A DNA stretch of 64,000 bases from Sumerlaeia bacterium (GCA_040219255.1 JAVJSW010000049.1:32001-96000), one strand, 5' to 3'; positions 9,544 through 19,380 are shown, numbered from the stretch's first letter. Notes: generated by a model not told the origin, from the letters alone. Numbers and translations: made by a program.

Positions 9544-10934
9544 CGTAGCTCCTCCTTCGCGAGGGAGCCGCCGACCGCTCGTTCGAGGTCGGCGAGGGTC
9601 AAGAGGGTGTCGAGACGGGTGCGAAGCAGATCGCGCCGCACGGCGATCAGGGTCCGCTGCGCGTTCAGTAAGTCGAGGAACGTGGCCTGGCCTGAGGTAT
9701 ATGCCGCCTCGTTCGTGGCGTAGGCTTCCTGCACGAGAGGCAGCAGGCTGCCCCTCAGCACGTCGCGTTGCCGAGCCAGCGTTTCCAGGCGCGGCAGCAG
9801 AGTGCGCACCTCTTCCTCGATCTCCGACTCCGCGGCGATGCGCCGCCATTCGGCCGCTTCCCGCTGGCGCAGAGCCTGATCCTTCGCCGCCCGGCGCCGC
9901 GCGTTCGGGATCGGGATGTTCAGCCCCAGCGAAACGCCCCAAGCGTCGTCGCCTTCGTCGGGCGGCGCCATCGCCCCCATCGGATTGTCGGGCCGGTCCC
10001 CCACGCCGATATAATTCAACCCCACTGTAAAGTCCGGATAGTCGTCCTTGAGCGCCAGTTCGTGACGCAGTTCCGCCTGCTCTTCAGCGAGGCGGAAGCG
10101 CTCGATTTCGGGCCGCAGGGCGACCGCTTCGGCGATCAGAACCTCCGCCTCCGCCACGGCCATCACGGCCGCCTCCGCCTCATCCAGCGCCGGCACCCCG
10201 CCCAAATCCTCGACAAAGAGCAGCCGGGCCAGTTCCTGCCTCAACGCAGCGATCCGCGCCGGATAGCCGGTCAGTTCGTTCTCGATGCGCGCCAGTTCGG
10301 TCTGCGACTGAAGCAACGCCCCCCGTCCCCGCTGACCCGCCCCATAGAGTGCCGCCGCCGCCTCGAGCGTCTGCTCGATGGCCCGCTTGTCTTCCTCCGC
10401 CAGCGCCAGCGCCGCCTGCTCGTGTGCCAGCCGGTACCACGCCCGCCGCACCTGAGCCCGCACATCCAGCATCCGCGCCCGGTAGCTTTCGAGCGCCTGC
10501 ATCGCGTCGCTGCGCGCCACATCGCCCTGCAGCCGCAACTTGCCAAACCACGGGAACATCTGGCTGACGCCTGCAACGAACTGCTGCTCGCCCACCCGGG
10601 TCTGCACGCCGTCGACGAACTGGGTATAGGTCACTCTCGGGTCCATCAGCGACGACGCCTGCGGCACCTCCAGCGCCGCCGCCTCGAACGCCGCGAAGTC
10701 CGCCCGCAGGCTCGGATTGCTCAGCAGCGCCGTCTCGATGGCGGCCTCCAGCGTCAGCGTACCCGTCGTCGGAGACAGCCGCGCCGCCGCGGCGCCGCCG
10801 TCCCGCGGCACGGTCTTTTTTGCCACCGGGGGACGAAGTGCCGTCCGTTCTGGAATCGCGGGGGGCTGCTGGGCCGCACAGGCCACCAGCCCCGAAGTCA
10901 GCCCACACAGGGCCAGGAGTTGAAAAAACTTCAT
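9540..10934 (-). CDS. TolC/CusC-family outer-membrane efflux protein (lipoprotein)
   Basis: Lipobox LVAC; SQMFPWFGKL; YTSGQATFLDLLNAQRTL. Confidence 0.88.
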   Translation of the reverse strand: MKFFQLLALCGLTSGLVACAAQQPPAIPERTALRPPVAKKTVPRDGGAAAARLSPTTGTLTLEAAIETALLSNPSLRADFAAFEAAALEVPQASSLMDPRVTYTQFVDGVQTRVGEQQFVAGVSQMFPWFGKLRLQGDVARSDAMQALESYRARMLDVRAQVRRAWYRLAHEQAALALAEEDKRAIEQTLEAAAALYGAGQRGRGALLQSQTELARIENELTGYPARIAALRQELARLLFVEDLGGVPALDEAEAAVMAVAEAEVLIAEAVALRPEIERFRLAEEQAELRHELALKDDYPDFTVGLNYIGVGDRPDNPMGAMAPPDEGDDAWGVSLGLNIPIPNARRRAAKDQALRQREAAEWRRIAAESEIEEEVRTLLPRLETLARQRDVLRGSLLPLVQEAYATNEAAYTSGQATFLDLLNAQRTLIAVRRDLLRTRLDTLLTLADLERAVGGSLAKEELR

Positions 10935-11048
10935 ACGGAAATCCCGATCGTTCGAGCGAGGACCGACGCCGCCCTGCAAGGACGGGCGAGGCCGGTGACA
11001 AAGCCACCTTCGCTGGCCGGGACACAACGGTCCCAGCCCCGATCGGGA

Positions 11049-11540
11049 TCAGATGAGGTAAACGGAATTCAAAGCGTGGGTCGCCCGCCCGGGGCAAGGG
11101 CTGCCGCGCGCCGGTTGACAACGGGGCTTCTCGGCCAGCTCCGCCCTTGGCAACACCACCGCAACCCCCGGCACCGGAGCCAGAGTCTGCGCCTCGAATG
11201 CGACGCAACCCGCCATGGTGGGCACCGCACCGGCCGGCAGATCGTCCGCCGCGCCGATTTCCACCGGACAGGGGCAGCCATCGTCTTTTTCGTTGGTCCC
11301 ACCGGACCCGTGAGGCGAACCGGGCGTGTCATCCTGACGCTCGGGGGAACAGCATCCGTGACTCTCCATCGCCGGCGCTTCGCTGGCAACCTTCGCGCCG
11401 CCGCCATCCCCGTGCAGACACGCGATCCCACAGGGACAGTACGGGACACCGCCTGCCACCACAGCGCAGAGAAATATGAAACTGGCCAAGGAGGTCAGAA
11501 GACGCTGGGGGGAAAATGGCGGTCGGCGGTCCAACTTCAT
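11049..11540 (-). CDS. Small Cys/His-rich exported protein leading the metal-efflux operon
   Basis: Signal-like helix then CPCG..C, GCC and CPC motifs; ends LNSVYLI, as is typical of leaders of cus/czc operons. Confidence 0.6.
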   Translation of the reverse strand: MKLDRRPPFSPQRLLTSLASFIFLCAVVAGGVPYCPCGIACLHGDGGGAKVASEAPAMESHGCCSPERQDDTPGSPHGSGGTNEKDDGCPCPVEIGAADDLPAGAVPTMAGCVAFEAQTLAPVPGVAVVLPRAELAEKPRCQPARGSPCPGRATHALNSVYLI

Positions 11541-11650
11541 AGCCCCCATGCTACAGCAAAGGGCGGGCCGGTCAAGGCGAGCCACCGCGCCAAAGTGCCT
11601 GCGCGGCGCTTCCTGCCCTGCGACTCCAGCCTCCGAAGAACAGACCGCTG

Positions 11651-12733
11651 CTAATCCTCACCCGGCTTTTTCAGACCGGGGATGGGCCACTCGCGGGGGG
11701 GCCAGTTGTGGCGCCGCTCCTTCTTCGAACGCCGGTCGCCGCCGTAGCGCCGGTTCTGATAGACTACGTCGACCTGCTGGCGGCGGTCCGTACCCGATCG
11801 CCGGTCGGCGCCGGAGCGCCGTTCCGTGACACCGTCCCATGAGCCGTCGGGCAAGGTGCCGGGCGGCAACTTCTTGTCCGCCGGAGTCGCCATGGGTGCG
11901 GGCTGGGGCGTCGCGGAGGGAGCGGGTTCGTTCCTGGCGGCGGGTTCGGCGGGGGGCGGAGATTTAGGGGCGGGCTGGGGCGTGGCTTCCAGGACGGCGT
12001 CGGAGGGCCGGAGCACCGGTTGGGGGGTGGGGGCGCGCAACTCGCGGGGCGGAGAAGTGGGAGCGCCCGCCGCCGAGCCGGTCGAGGTGTCGCGATTGCC
12101 CGGACTGTCCAGGCGGCGCAACTTGGCCACGCTGTCGCGAATCGAGACCCGCTCCATGGTTTTCATCCGACTCGGGGTTTCCTCCATGGCCTCGGGCCGC
12201 GTTTGCGCCAAGTCGTTCTCCAGGACTCGGCGGTCCACCAGTTCGGTCTTGTCGTCGTGCTGCAGGAAGGCCTGCTGCTCGCCCGGATGATCCGCCGGCG
12301 GTTGCTGGGCCCGGCCGGTGCTGTGCGACGGTGTCTTGTCGAAGCCGGTGGAACTGCGGCCGCTACGCGATTGCTCGGCGCGGGACTTGGCCAGCCGCAT
12401 GTATTCGCGGACGGTCGAGCGAGGCGCGGTCTTGTGGTTCTGGGCCTCGGCCGAATCCAGGGGCAGCAGCCCTCGCGGGCCTTCCTCCGCCGCCGAACCA
12501 CCAAGCTGGCGCAGGAACGCCGCCGAACCCTGGCGCTTCAGATAGTGGTAGATGGCCTCGTACTGCTGGGCGCTGTCTCCCGGATCGGAGAGGGAAAGCT
12601 TGCCCAGCAAACGCCCCATGCCACCTGGCTTGAGGAGTTGGGCGTAGATTTCCTCGGCCGTCTCGGGGCCGAATTCGCGGAAGTAATTGTGGATGGCCTG
12701 GCGAAGCTGCTCGGCCCGCTTTAAAGATGACAT
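11651..12733 (-). CDS. Hypothetical protein, Pro-rich, with C-terminal (D/E/N)RR repeats
   Basis: Start MSSLKRAEQ; C-terminus ERRSGADRRSGTDRR...NRRYGGDRRSKKERR. Confidence 0.7.
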   Translation of the reverse strand: MSSLKRAEQLRQAIHNYFREFGPETAEEIYAQLLKPGGMGRLLGKLSLSDPGDSAQQYEAIYHYLKRQGSAAFLRQLGGSAAEEGPRGLLPLDSAEAQNHKTAPRSTVREYMRLAKSRAEQSRSGRSSTGFDKTPSHSTGRAQQPPADHPGEQQAFLQHDDKTELVDRRVLENDLAQTRPEAMEETPSRMKTMERVSIRDSVAKLRRLDSPGNRDTSTGSAAGAPTSPPRELRAPTPQPVLRPSDAVLEATPQPAPKSPPPAEPAARNEPAPSATPQPAPMATPADKKLPPGTLPDGSWDGVTERRSGADRRSGTDRRQQVDVVYQNRRYGGDRRSKKERRHNWPPREWPIPGLKKPGED

Positions 12734-12819
12734 TTTACTATCCACCCAAACTCTAGGCTCGATTGGCCGAGCCTTGCTGTCAATTCGGGATTTGATTCTC
12801 CAGTCCCGCAATGTGCGGC

Positions 12820-13743
12820 TTAGGGACCAGCGAGCGCAAGCCCCACGGTGCGTGAGAGCGAAGCGAGATCGCTGGCGCGGCGCAAACGAGAAACGGGTAT
12901 CAATTGCGAAAGGTCGCTGCATGCCACGAAATTCGCCCGTCGCGTTTCCGGCGACGCCTCGATCAACGGCCGCAGATGATGATAGGTCTGCACCAGAAGT
13001 TCCCGGTTGGCCTCGGCGTGACCGAGGTGCTCAAGGCTCCCTTCGGCGGCGCCTCCAAATTCGAGGAGCATGATCTGGAACAGCGGCACCGCCTCCTGCG
13101 GCGAGGAGGCGCCCGGCGGCGCGTAGAGGCGCTTGCGGGCCTTGCTGTGGACGAGGGGCGTCTGATCGTCGTCGGCCTCCACGGCTAGCGCCGCCAGGGC
13201 CGACGGATCGAGTTTGTTCACGGGAAAGCCGGGCAGAACGCAGGGACCGGCCGGTCCCTGCTGGATTGCGACGATGTCGTCGCTGAGCAGCGTGGCGCGG
13301 CCGTCGGCCACGGCGGCAGCGGCCAGCGTGCTTTTTCCCGCCCCCCGCCCGCCGAGAAAGACGCGGGCTCCTTCCGGCGTCGCGAGGGCGCTGCCGTGCA
13401 GGACCAGGAAGCCCCTCTGCCACAAGGCGATGCCCATCGCGGCGCCCAGGAGAAAGGCGCGTACGACGCCCAAGGCGGTTTCGCCCGAAGCGCCATCGAC
13501 CACGATTTCGCATCCCCCGCGGATCACGAAGCGCCCGGCGTGGACCGAGCCGAAAGTCACCTCGTGAACGTCGCCCCGGGGCGTGATGTGGCCCTCGGCG
13601 AGGGGAATGCCGGCGGGAGCGCAGCCGCTGACCAGGCGCAGATCCGGGGCCCCGCCGGACGCCTCCGTGCTCCGCACCGGCAGCTCGAATTCGGACGCGA
13701 TTCGCAGACCGTAAGCGGAGTAATGGTAAAGGCCTGCGCTCAT
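12820..13743 (-). CDS. HPr-kinase-like P-loop kinase of the type found in lasso-peptide clusters
   Basis: YSAYGLRIASEFELP start; LHGSAL; GGRGAGKSTLA; LSDD; ATGA overlap with the upstream ORF. Confidence 0.8.
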   Translation of the reverse strand: MSAGLYHYSAYGLRIASEFELPVRSTEASGGAPDLRLVSGCAPAGIPLAEGHITPRGDVHEVTFGSVHAGRFVIRGGCEIVVDGASGETALGVVRAFLLGAAMGIALWQRGFLVLHGSALATPEGARVFLGGRGAGKSTLAAAAVADGRATLLSDDIVAIQQGPAGPCVLPGFPVNKLDPSALAALAVEADDDQTPLVHSKARKRLYAPPGASSPQEAVPLFQIMLLEFGGAAEGSLEHLGHAEANRELLVQTYHHLRPLIEASPETRRANFVACSDLSQLIPVSRLRRASDLASLSRTVGLALAGP

Positions 13744-16301
13744 TTCCCGGGGTCCTCCGGCAGAGGTTCGAAGGGCTGGAAAGCCGCGGGGTCGCCCGGC
13801 GCGAAGTCGCCGCCGACAACGACCTGCCCGCGCCACTCCAGCCACGCGTGGGCTTCGAACCCGGCGGTGCCGTGGCGCGCGCCCAGATGCAATTCCGTCG
13901 CGATGCCCCGCCGCGCCAGAAGCCGATGGGCCACCAGAGCCCGCGGCAGGCAATCGGCCCGGGGCACGGCTCGGCCGGCCAGGGCGAGGGCTTTGCGCAC
14001 GCGGCGAATGTGGCGGACAGTGTCTTCGGTAGCCGGTTCGGGCGTTGAGGGCACTGAGGTTAGCCATCGCCGCCGAATCACCCGGAACGGCAAGACCCAA
14101 AGCCCCATCCGCGCCAGCCACAGGAGTGAGAACGCTTCCAGGAAAAGGCCCACGTTACGGGCCGTTCGCTCTGTGTAGCACGCGCTACCTTGTTCGCTTG
14201 TGTTTCCTTTGGCCCACAATGCGACGAGCAGGATCAAACCCGCCAGGCTCAGCATCGCCCCCCGCCAGAACGACGCGGGGGCGTAGCGCAGGACGAAGCC
14301 GGACTCTCCCGGCGGCACGAGGACGCCGGCCAGGAAACCGTTCGCGGGCAGGACGGACAGCGGTTCGCCGGAATCGCCGCCGGTGGCGGTCCAGCCCTTC
14401 ATCCAACTCACCGCGATGCAAACGAGCGTTTCCTGCCGGGCGGGTTCCTGCAGTCGCACGGCGACCGTGCGGGCGTCGTCCCAGGCGGCGGCCACCTCCG
14501 GCGGCGAGGCCTGGGGCGCGAGGGCGAGGGGCTGTTCGACAAAGGCGACGCGGTACGGGTCGGGCTGGGCGGCGGCGGTGGGGATGGCTTGCTCGGGGGT
14601 CGAGACCTCGACAGCGCGCTGCACCGCCCAGGCCAGCGGGCGGTCGTCGCGGTAACGCCAGAGGGGCCACTTGGGGTGGTCGATGAGGAGGTTAAGCTGG
14701 CCGGCGAGGGCTTCGCGGTCGATGGAGGCGCCGGGAATGACGCGGCCCGGGTCGAACAAATCCCACCGCCCGATCAGGTACTGCGCGTGCATCAGCCGCA
14801 GAATCGGCGACCCTGGATCGGTGAAGAAGGCCCCGTGGCTCGGGTAGAAAACCCCCGACCGCGCCGAGGCCAGGCGTCGCGCGATGCCGTAGCGTTCCAG
14901 GACCAAAGGGTCGTAGCCCTGGACGTCGTGGGTGTCGTGCCAGGCCGCGAGGTCCGGCATCAAGGAATGGCCGTATTCCGGCGCACGCGAGGCGTAACTG
15001 TAATTCAACGAGGGATCGATGGTCAGATAGCGATCCGTCCCGAGGGTAGCGAGGAGCTTGGCCGGGGGCTTGAAGCGACTCGTGTCCGTGAACTCGCGCT
15101 CAAGCCGGGGCAGCATCCACGCCGTCGGGATCAGGAGCAGCGCCAGCGCGGCGGGCGCGGCGAAGCGCGGCAGGCGGTGCCTGCGGGCGAGGAGTAGGAG
15201 TCTCTGCGCCCCCATAGCCGCCACCAGCGGCCCCGCCACGGCCCACAGCACGAGGGCCCGGCGCGGCGCGTGGAAGCTGCCATAGAGCGGCAGCACCTTG
15301 GCCCACAGCGGCACCAGCGGCCCCATCGCCAGCAGATACCCGAGCCCCCCGATGGCCAGCAGCGGCAACGCCACCGGCCGATGGCGCCGGCGCAGCAATC
15401 CCAATGGAATCAGGGCGAAAAGCCCCAGCCCAATGGCGTAGATGGAGTCCGTGTCCTCGATCGGATTGCCGGTGCCACCGACGAGGGCCTTCCACAGGAA
15501 GGGGCCGTTGAGCCCCTGGCCCTGGAGCTTGCCAATGTCGATGGCGCCGCGTTCCGTGGCGGCGAGGAATTCGAGGGACGGCACCAACTGAATCCCCGCC
15601 AGCAATCCGGCGAGAACGGCAGCGGCGAAGCCTTGGGCGAAGGCTTCCGCAACACCTCGCACGCCCCGCAACGAGGCCGCCCGCCCGATCCAGTAAATCG
15701 GCAACGCCATCGCCGTGTAGTATCCGATCTGGGGGGACCCGGCGAGCACCTGCATCGCGAACAGGACCGCGACGGCGAGGGTCGCGCGATTGGGGCGCAA
15801 TCCACTGTGGGCAGCGACGGCGCGCTCGATGGCGAGGAACATCCACGGCATCCATGCCGCTGTGTAGAGATGGGGAGTCAGGGCGATTCGGCTGATAAGG
15901 AAGCTGCCAAAGGCGAAGGCGATCCCCGCGAAGAGGCTTGCGGCGGGGACGCATCGTTGTTGGCGCGCATAGGCATAAGCCCCCATGCCGGCGATCCAAT
16001 AGTGCAGGATGCAAATAATCCCATTCCCGATGGGATTGGGTAGCAGGTAGAAAATGAGGTTCGGCGGATACCACGCCGCGACCTGCGGATTGGCTGCGAG
16101 GGGCATGCCGCTGAAGATGTTGGGCAGCCAAAGGGGAAGGGTGCCATGATGAAGTTGGCGCGCCACGGCGAGACGATACGGATAGAGCTGCGTTACCGTA
16201 TCCATGAAATCCGGTAACTTCCCGGTGAGCAGCGGGAAAAACCAGACGATCGGCAGGATCGTCAAGACGAGCAGGGGCAGGCGGTCGCGGCGGGAAATCA
16301 T
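13740..16301 (-). CDS. YfhO-family (GT-C-like) membrane protein fused in frame to a lasso-peptide B2 / transglutaminase-like domain
   Basis: N-part LPLWLPNIFSGMPLAANPQ...YPPN, GYDPL, YAPASFWRG; C-part DCLPRAL...LGAR...FEAHAWLE. Confidence 0.8.
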   Translation of the reverse strand: MISRRDRLPLLVLTILPIVWFFPLLTGKLPDFMDTVTQLYPYRLAVARQLHHGTLPLWLPNIFSGMPLAANPQVAAWYPPNLIFYLLPNPIGNGIICILHYWIAGMGAYAYARQQRCVPAASLFAGIAFAFGSFLISRIALTPHLYTAAWMPWMFLAIERAVAAHSGLRPNRATLAVAVLFAMQVLAGSPQIGYYTAMALPIYWIGRAASLRGVRGVAEAFAQGFAAAVLAGLLAGIQLVPSLEFLAATERGAIDIGKLQGQGLNGPFLWKALVGGTGNPIEDTDSIYAIGLGLFALIPLGLLRRRHRPVALPLLAIGGLGYLLAMGPLVPLWAKVLPLYGSFHAPRRALVLWAVAGPLVAAMGAQRLLLLARRHRLPRFAAPAALALLLIPTAWMLPRLEREFTDTSRFKPPAKLLATLGTDRYLTIDPSLNYSYASRAPEYGHSLMPDLAAWHDTHDVQGYDPLVLERYGIARRLASARSGVFYPSHGAFFTDPGSPILRLMHAQYLIGRWDLFDPGRVIPGASIDREALAGQLNLLIDHPKWPLWRYRDDRPLAWAVQRAVEVSTPEQAIPTAAAQPDPYRVAFVEQPLALAPQASPPEVAAAWDDARTVAVRLQEPARQETLVCIAVSWMKGWTATGGDSGEPLSVLPANGFLAGVLVPPGESGFVLRYAPASFWRGAMLSLAGLILLVALWAKGNTSEQGSACYTERTARNVGLFLEAFSLLWLARMGLWVLPFRVIRRRWLTSVPSTPEPATEDTVRHIRRVRKALALAGRAVPRADCLPRALVAHRLLARRGIATELHLGARHGTAGFEAHAWLEWRGQVVVGGDFAPGDPAAFQPFEPLPEDPGK

Positions 16302-16316
16302 GGCGACCGCTCTTTG

Positions 16317-17747
16317 TCACGAATGATCGCGGGCGCGCAATCGGCGAAAGAGGCGGGCGGCGTCCGGGTTGCGTTTCATCCACCAGCGGAGCAGCCGGCT
16401 CCCTTCGACGCGGTCGAGGAATTCCGGCAACGCGTTGGCCTCGCCGTGTTGAATCCAGTAGGCGTGCTGGGCGCGGGCCAGCGGATTGTCCGCCGGGGCG
16501 CCGTCGCGCAGGTCGGGCGCTTTCTTCGGATCGCGGGCCCAGCGCAAGAGCGGCTCATAGCACTTCGCGGGCGAGAAGTGCCCCACGAGCGTCTGGCGGC
16601 GCTGGGCCGCGGCCGCCCGATCGAGCCGCCCGCGAGCCAGGTCGCGCCGCATGGCGGCGGCCAGGGCTTTGGGTTTCTGGGGAGCGGCGGTCGTGATCAG
16701 GCCTTGGGCCGCCATATCCTGGGTCAGTTCGCTGAAATCCGCCGCGACAGCCCGCATCCCCGCCCACAACCAGCCAAACAGCCGATTGCGGCACCCGAAT
16801 TCGCCCTCCAGCGTGGGCACGTCACAGGTGACGCCGAGGTCCGCTTCCAGACAGGCGTCCACGAATCGCTCGTGCGGCACCCAGCCCAGCAGATGATAGC
16901 GCTCGCGATGGGGCGAGGCGGCGACGCGCTCCTCAAAGCGATGATAGACGCTCTCGACGTGGCCGCTGATGGCGCCGCCGGTGGCCACGAAGTGCGCGTC
17001 CGGGTCGTCGGCGAGGACATGGTCGGTGGCTTCGAAGAGCGTTTTCTCGTCAAGCCACGTGTTGAACCCGCCGGTGGAAAGGATCACCCGCGCGCCGGGC
17101 GGCACGACGGGGCCGCGCAGGTAGGGCTGGCCGGGGGTGCTGTGGGTCCAAGGCTCGGAAAACGGCAGCGCGGGCCTCAGGACGTGGGCGAATTCGTAGC
17201 CGGTCGTGTGGCGATTCAACCTCCCGGCGGCGCCCAGCTCGCCAATGAGAGCCAAGCGCTGCGCCCGCGAGCAAACTCCGAACGCATCGGACCTCAGCAG
17301 CACCGGCAGCACGTTCCGCCACATCCCCAGCAGCGCGGCGTCGTTGTCGCCGGTATGGGCCTGCATCTGGCGCTCGGCCATGGGATGGCCGAAGTAGTCG
17401 ACGAAGAGGGGCGTGTCTTTCGTCCAGAGCATCGCGGCGAGCCACTCCGCCAAATCCGTCAGCGCCACGACGCCGTCATAGGGACGGTCGTTGATTTCGC
17501 CGTACCATTGCTTGCCAAGGGCGGACTGGCCAATGGGCGCGAGGGCGATGGCCCGCTCGACCCCCGGCGGAGGCGGCACGGGCGGGGCGTCGGCGGCGTT
17601 GCCGAACGTGTGCTCGATGATGGTGACCTCGTGGCCGTCCTCCGCGAGCGCCTGCGCGATGGTTTGGAGGCGCAGGCCCGGGGCGTGGATTTTGGTCGCT
17701 CCGGGATGGGGCCGGGGGCCGACGCCGTAAACGAGAAGACGGGACAT
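16317..17747 (-). CDS. Glycosyltransferase (GT4-like)
   Basis: APGLR; TGGFNTWLD; LGWVPH...EADLGV; second gene of a sugar operon. Confidence 0.75.
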   Translation of the reverse strand: MSRLLVYGVGPRPHPGATKIHAPGLRLQTIAQALAEDGHEVTIIEHTFGNAADAPPVPPPPGVERAIALAPIGQSALGKQWYGEINDRPYDGVVALTDLAEWLAAMLWTKDTPLFVDYFGHPMAERQMQAHTGDNDAALLGMWRNVLPVLLRSDAFGVCSRAQRLALIGELGAAGRLNRHTTGYEFAHVLRPALPFSEPWTHSTPGQPYLRGPVVPPGARVILSTGGFNTWLDEKTLFEATDHVLADDPDAHFVATGGAISGHVESVYHRFEERVAASPHRERYHLLGWVPHERFVDACLEADLGVTCDVPTLEGEFGCRNRLFGWLWAGMRAVAADFSELTQDMAAQGLITTAAPQKPKALAAAMRRDLARGRLDRAAAAQRRQTLVGHFSPAKCYEPLLRWARDPKKAPDLRDGAPADNPLARAQHAYWIQHGEANALPEFLDRVEGSRLLRWWMKRNPDAARLFRRLRARDHS

Positions 17748-17754
17748 TAAAAAA

Positions 17755-17899
17755 GTAGCACGGGCGTCCCGCCCGTGATCGGCGGCGTTTTTTCGGCGAG
17801 AGAGGCGTGCTGGACATCGCGGCCTTCAAGAGCCGCCCTTGGCGAAAGCAACTGGCGAGGGCTCGGCGTGGTGGGACACGGGCGGGACGCCCGTGCTCC
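17755..17899. repeat. Inverted pair of GTAG-class REP elements (REPIN-like)
   Basis: GTAGCACGGGCGTCCCGCCCGTG at 17755-17777 and a near-perfect reverse complement at 17877-17899. Confidence 0.75.
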
Positions 17900-17934
17900 A
17901 TTCGACGCTCTTCGGATCGGCACCGGACCCAAAT

Positions 17935-18007
17935 GTAGCACAGGCACTCTTGCCTGTGTCCCCAAGGCCGGAAGCACCGGAAGCACAGACTGGAGAGTCT
18001 GTGCTAC
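17935..18007. repeat. Second inverted pair of GTAG-class REP elements
   Basis: GTAGCACAGGCACTCTTGCCTGTG (17935-17958) and CACAGACTGGAGAGTCTGTGCTAC (17984-18007). Confidence 0.75.
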
Positions 18008-18042
18008 ACAGAGGGGGCCGCCGTTCAGCCAGACGACCGACA

Positions 18043-19380
18043 TCAAGCCAAGGCCTTGTGCGCGCGCAGGACGAGGGCCTTCGCGGCGGCCGCGTCGGGG
18101 GCTTCGGCGAAGATGCGCAGGATGGGCTCGGTGCCGCTGGGGCGCAGGTGAACCCAGCGCTCGCCGCTCAGGAGGAACTTGATGCCATCGGTGTCGTCGG
18201 CGTGGTCGGCGTCGGCGAATTCGGTGCGGGCGCGGGCGATGCTTTCTTCCACGCTGATGTTGCCGCGCTCGACCTTGTCTTTGACCAGGGCGTAATCCGG
18301 GATGGTGCCGTTCCATTCCGAGAGGGTTCCACCGCGCTCCTGCAAGCCAAGCAGAATCAGGGCGAGAGCGGTCGCCGCGTCGCGGCCTGGGTGCACCGAG
18401 GGGAGGATCACGCCGCCGTTGCCTTCGCCGCCGATTTTGGCGTGGACCTGACGCAGACCGGCTAGCACGTGGGCCTCGCCGATTTTGGTGCGGTGGACGT
18501 CGAAGCCTTCGCGGCGGCCGAGGGCGTCGATGGCCTGGCTGGTGGAGAGGTTGACGGCCACGGGGGTTTTCTCGCCCGACATTTTCAAGTAGGCGTCGAT
18601 GCCGAGAACGAGCGAGCGTTCTTCGCCGATGGCGCGGCCTGTCTCGTCCACGAAGGCGATGCGGTCCGCGTCCGGGTCGATGGCGGCGCCAAAGTCCGCG
18701 CCGCTGGCCAACACGCGGGCCGACAGTTCGACCAGGTTGTGGGGCAGGGGTTCGGCTTCGCGGGGGAAGACCTGATTGGGGTCGTTCCAGAAAGGCTCGG
18801 CGGTGGCGCCATAGGCTTCCGCCACGCGGGGCGCCAGGACCGACGACGCGCCATTGCAGCAATCGATGACGACCTTCAGGGGCCGGGCGCCGGACTTCGG
18901 CGGCAGCACGTCCATCAGGGTCTTCAGATGAAAATCGAGGGCGTCTTCCTGAACCGTCCGCGTGCCGATCCGGTGGGGCGTGGCGGCGGGGTGCTCCATG
19001 GAGTGGTGCAGGCGCGTGTGATGATCGGGGGTCAGGAACTCGCCGCCCTCGTGAAAGAACTTCAGCCCGTTCCAGGGGATCGGGTTGTGGCTGGCGGTGA
19101 TGGCGATGGCACCCCCCGCGGCGAAGCGGCGCACCATCATGCCGTGGGTCGGCGTGGGGGCGAGGCCGATGCTGATGACATCGACGCCGCGGGCGCGCAG
19201 GGCGGACTCGACGGCGGGCTGGGCCCAGGACCGCGAGGGGCGGCTATCCCCGCCGACGACAACGGTCTTCGTCTCAAGCAAATCCGCGAACGCGCAAACG
19301 TAGGGGATGATGATTTCTTCCGTAAAGCTCTCGCCGACGATGCCTCGCAGGCCAGCGACAGAGACGATGGGTTCCTTCAT
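18043..19380 (-). CDS. Phosphohexomutase (phosphoglucosamine mutase / phosphomannomutase family)
   Basis: ITASHNP, DPDADR, GGEGNGG and RPSGTEP motifs. Confidence 0.9.
   Translation of the reverse strand: MKEPIVSVAGLRGIVGESFTEEIIIPYVCAFADLLETKTVVVGGDSRPSRSWAQPAVESALRARGVDVISIGLAPTPTHGMMVRRFAAGGAIAITASHNPIPWNGLKFFHEGGEFLTPDHHTRLHHSMEHPAATPHRIGTRTVQEDALDFHLKTLMDVLPPKSGARPLKVVIDCCNGASSVLAPRVAEAYGATAEPFWNDPNQVFPREAEPLPHNLVELSARVLASGADFGAAIDPDADRIAFVDETGRAIGEERSLVLGIDAYLKMSGEKTPVAVNLSTSQAIDALGRREGFDVHRTKIGEAHVLAGLRQVHAKIGGEGNGGVILPSVHPGRDAATALALILLGLQERGGTLSEWNGTIPDYALVKDKVERGNISVEESIARARTEFADADHADDTDGIKFLLSGERWVHLRPSGTEPILRIFAEAPDAAAAKALVLRAHKALA

Noticed and set aside
12820-14200. Complete lasso peptide biosynthetic cluster
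   Set aside because: No cyclase, RRE or precursor ORF found in the window
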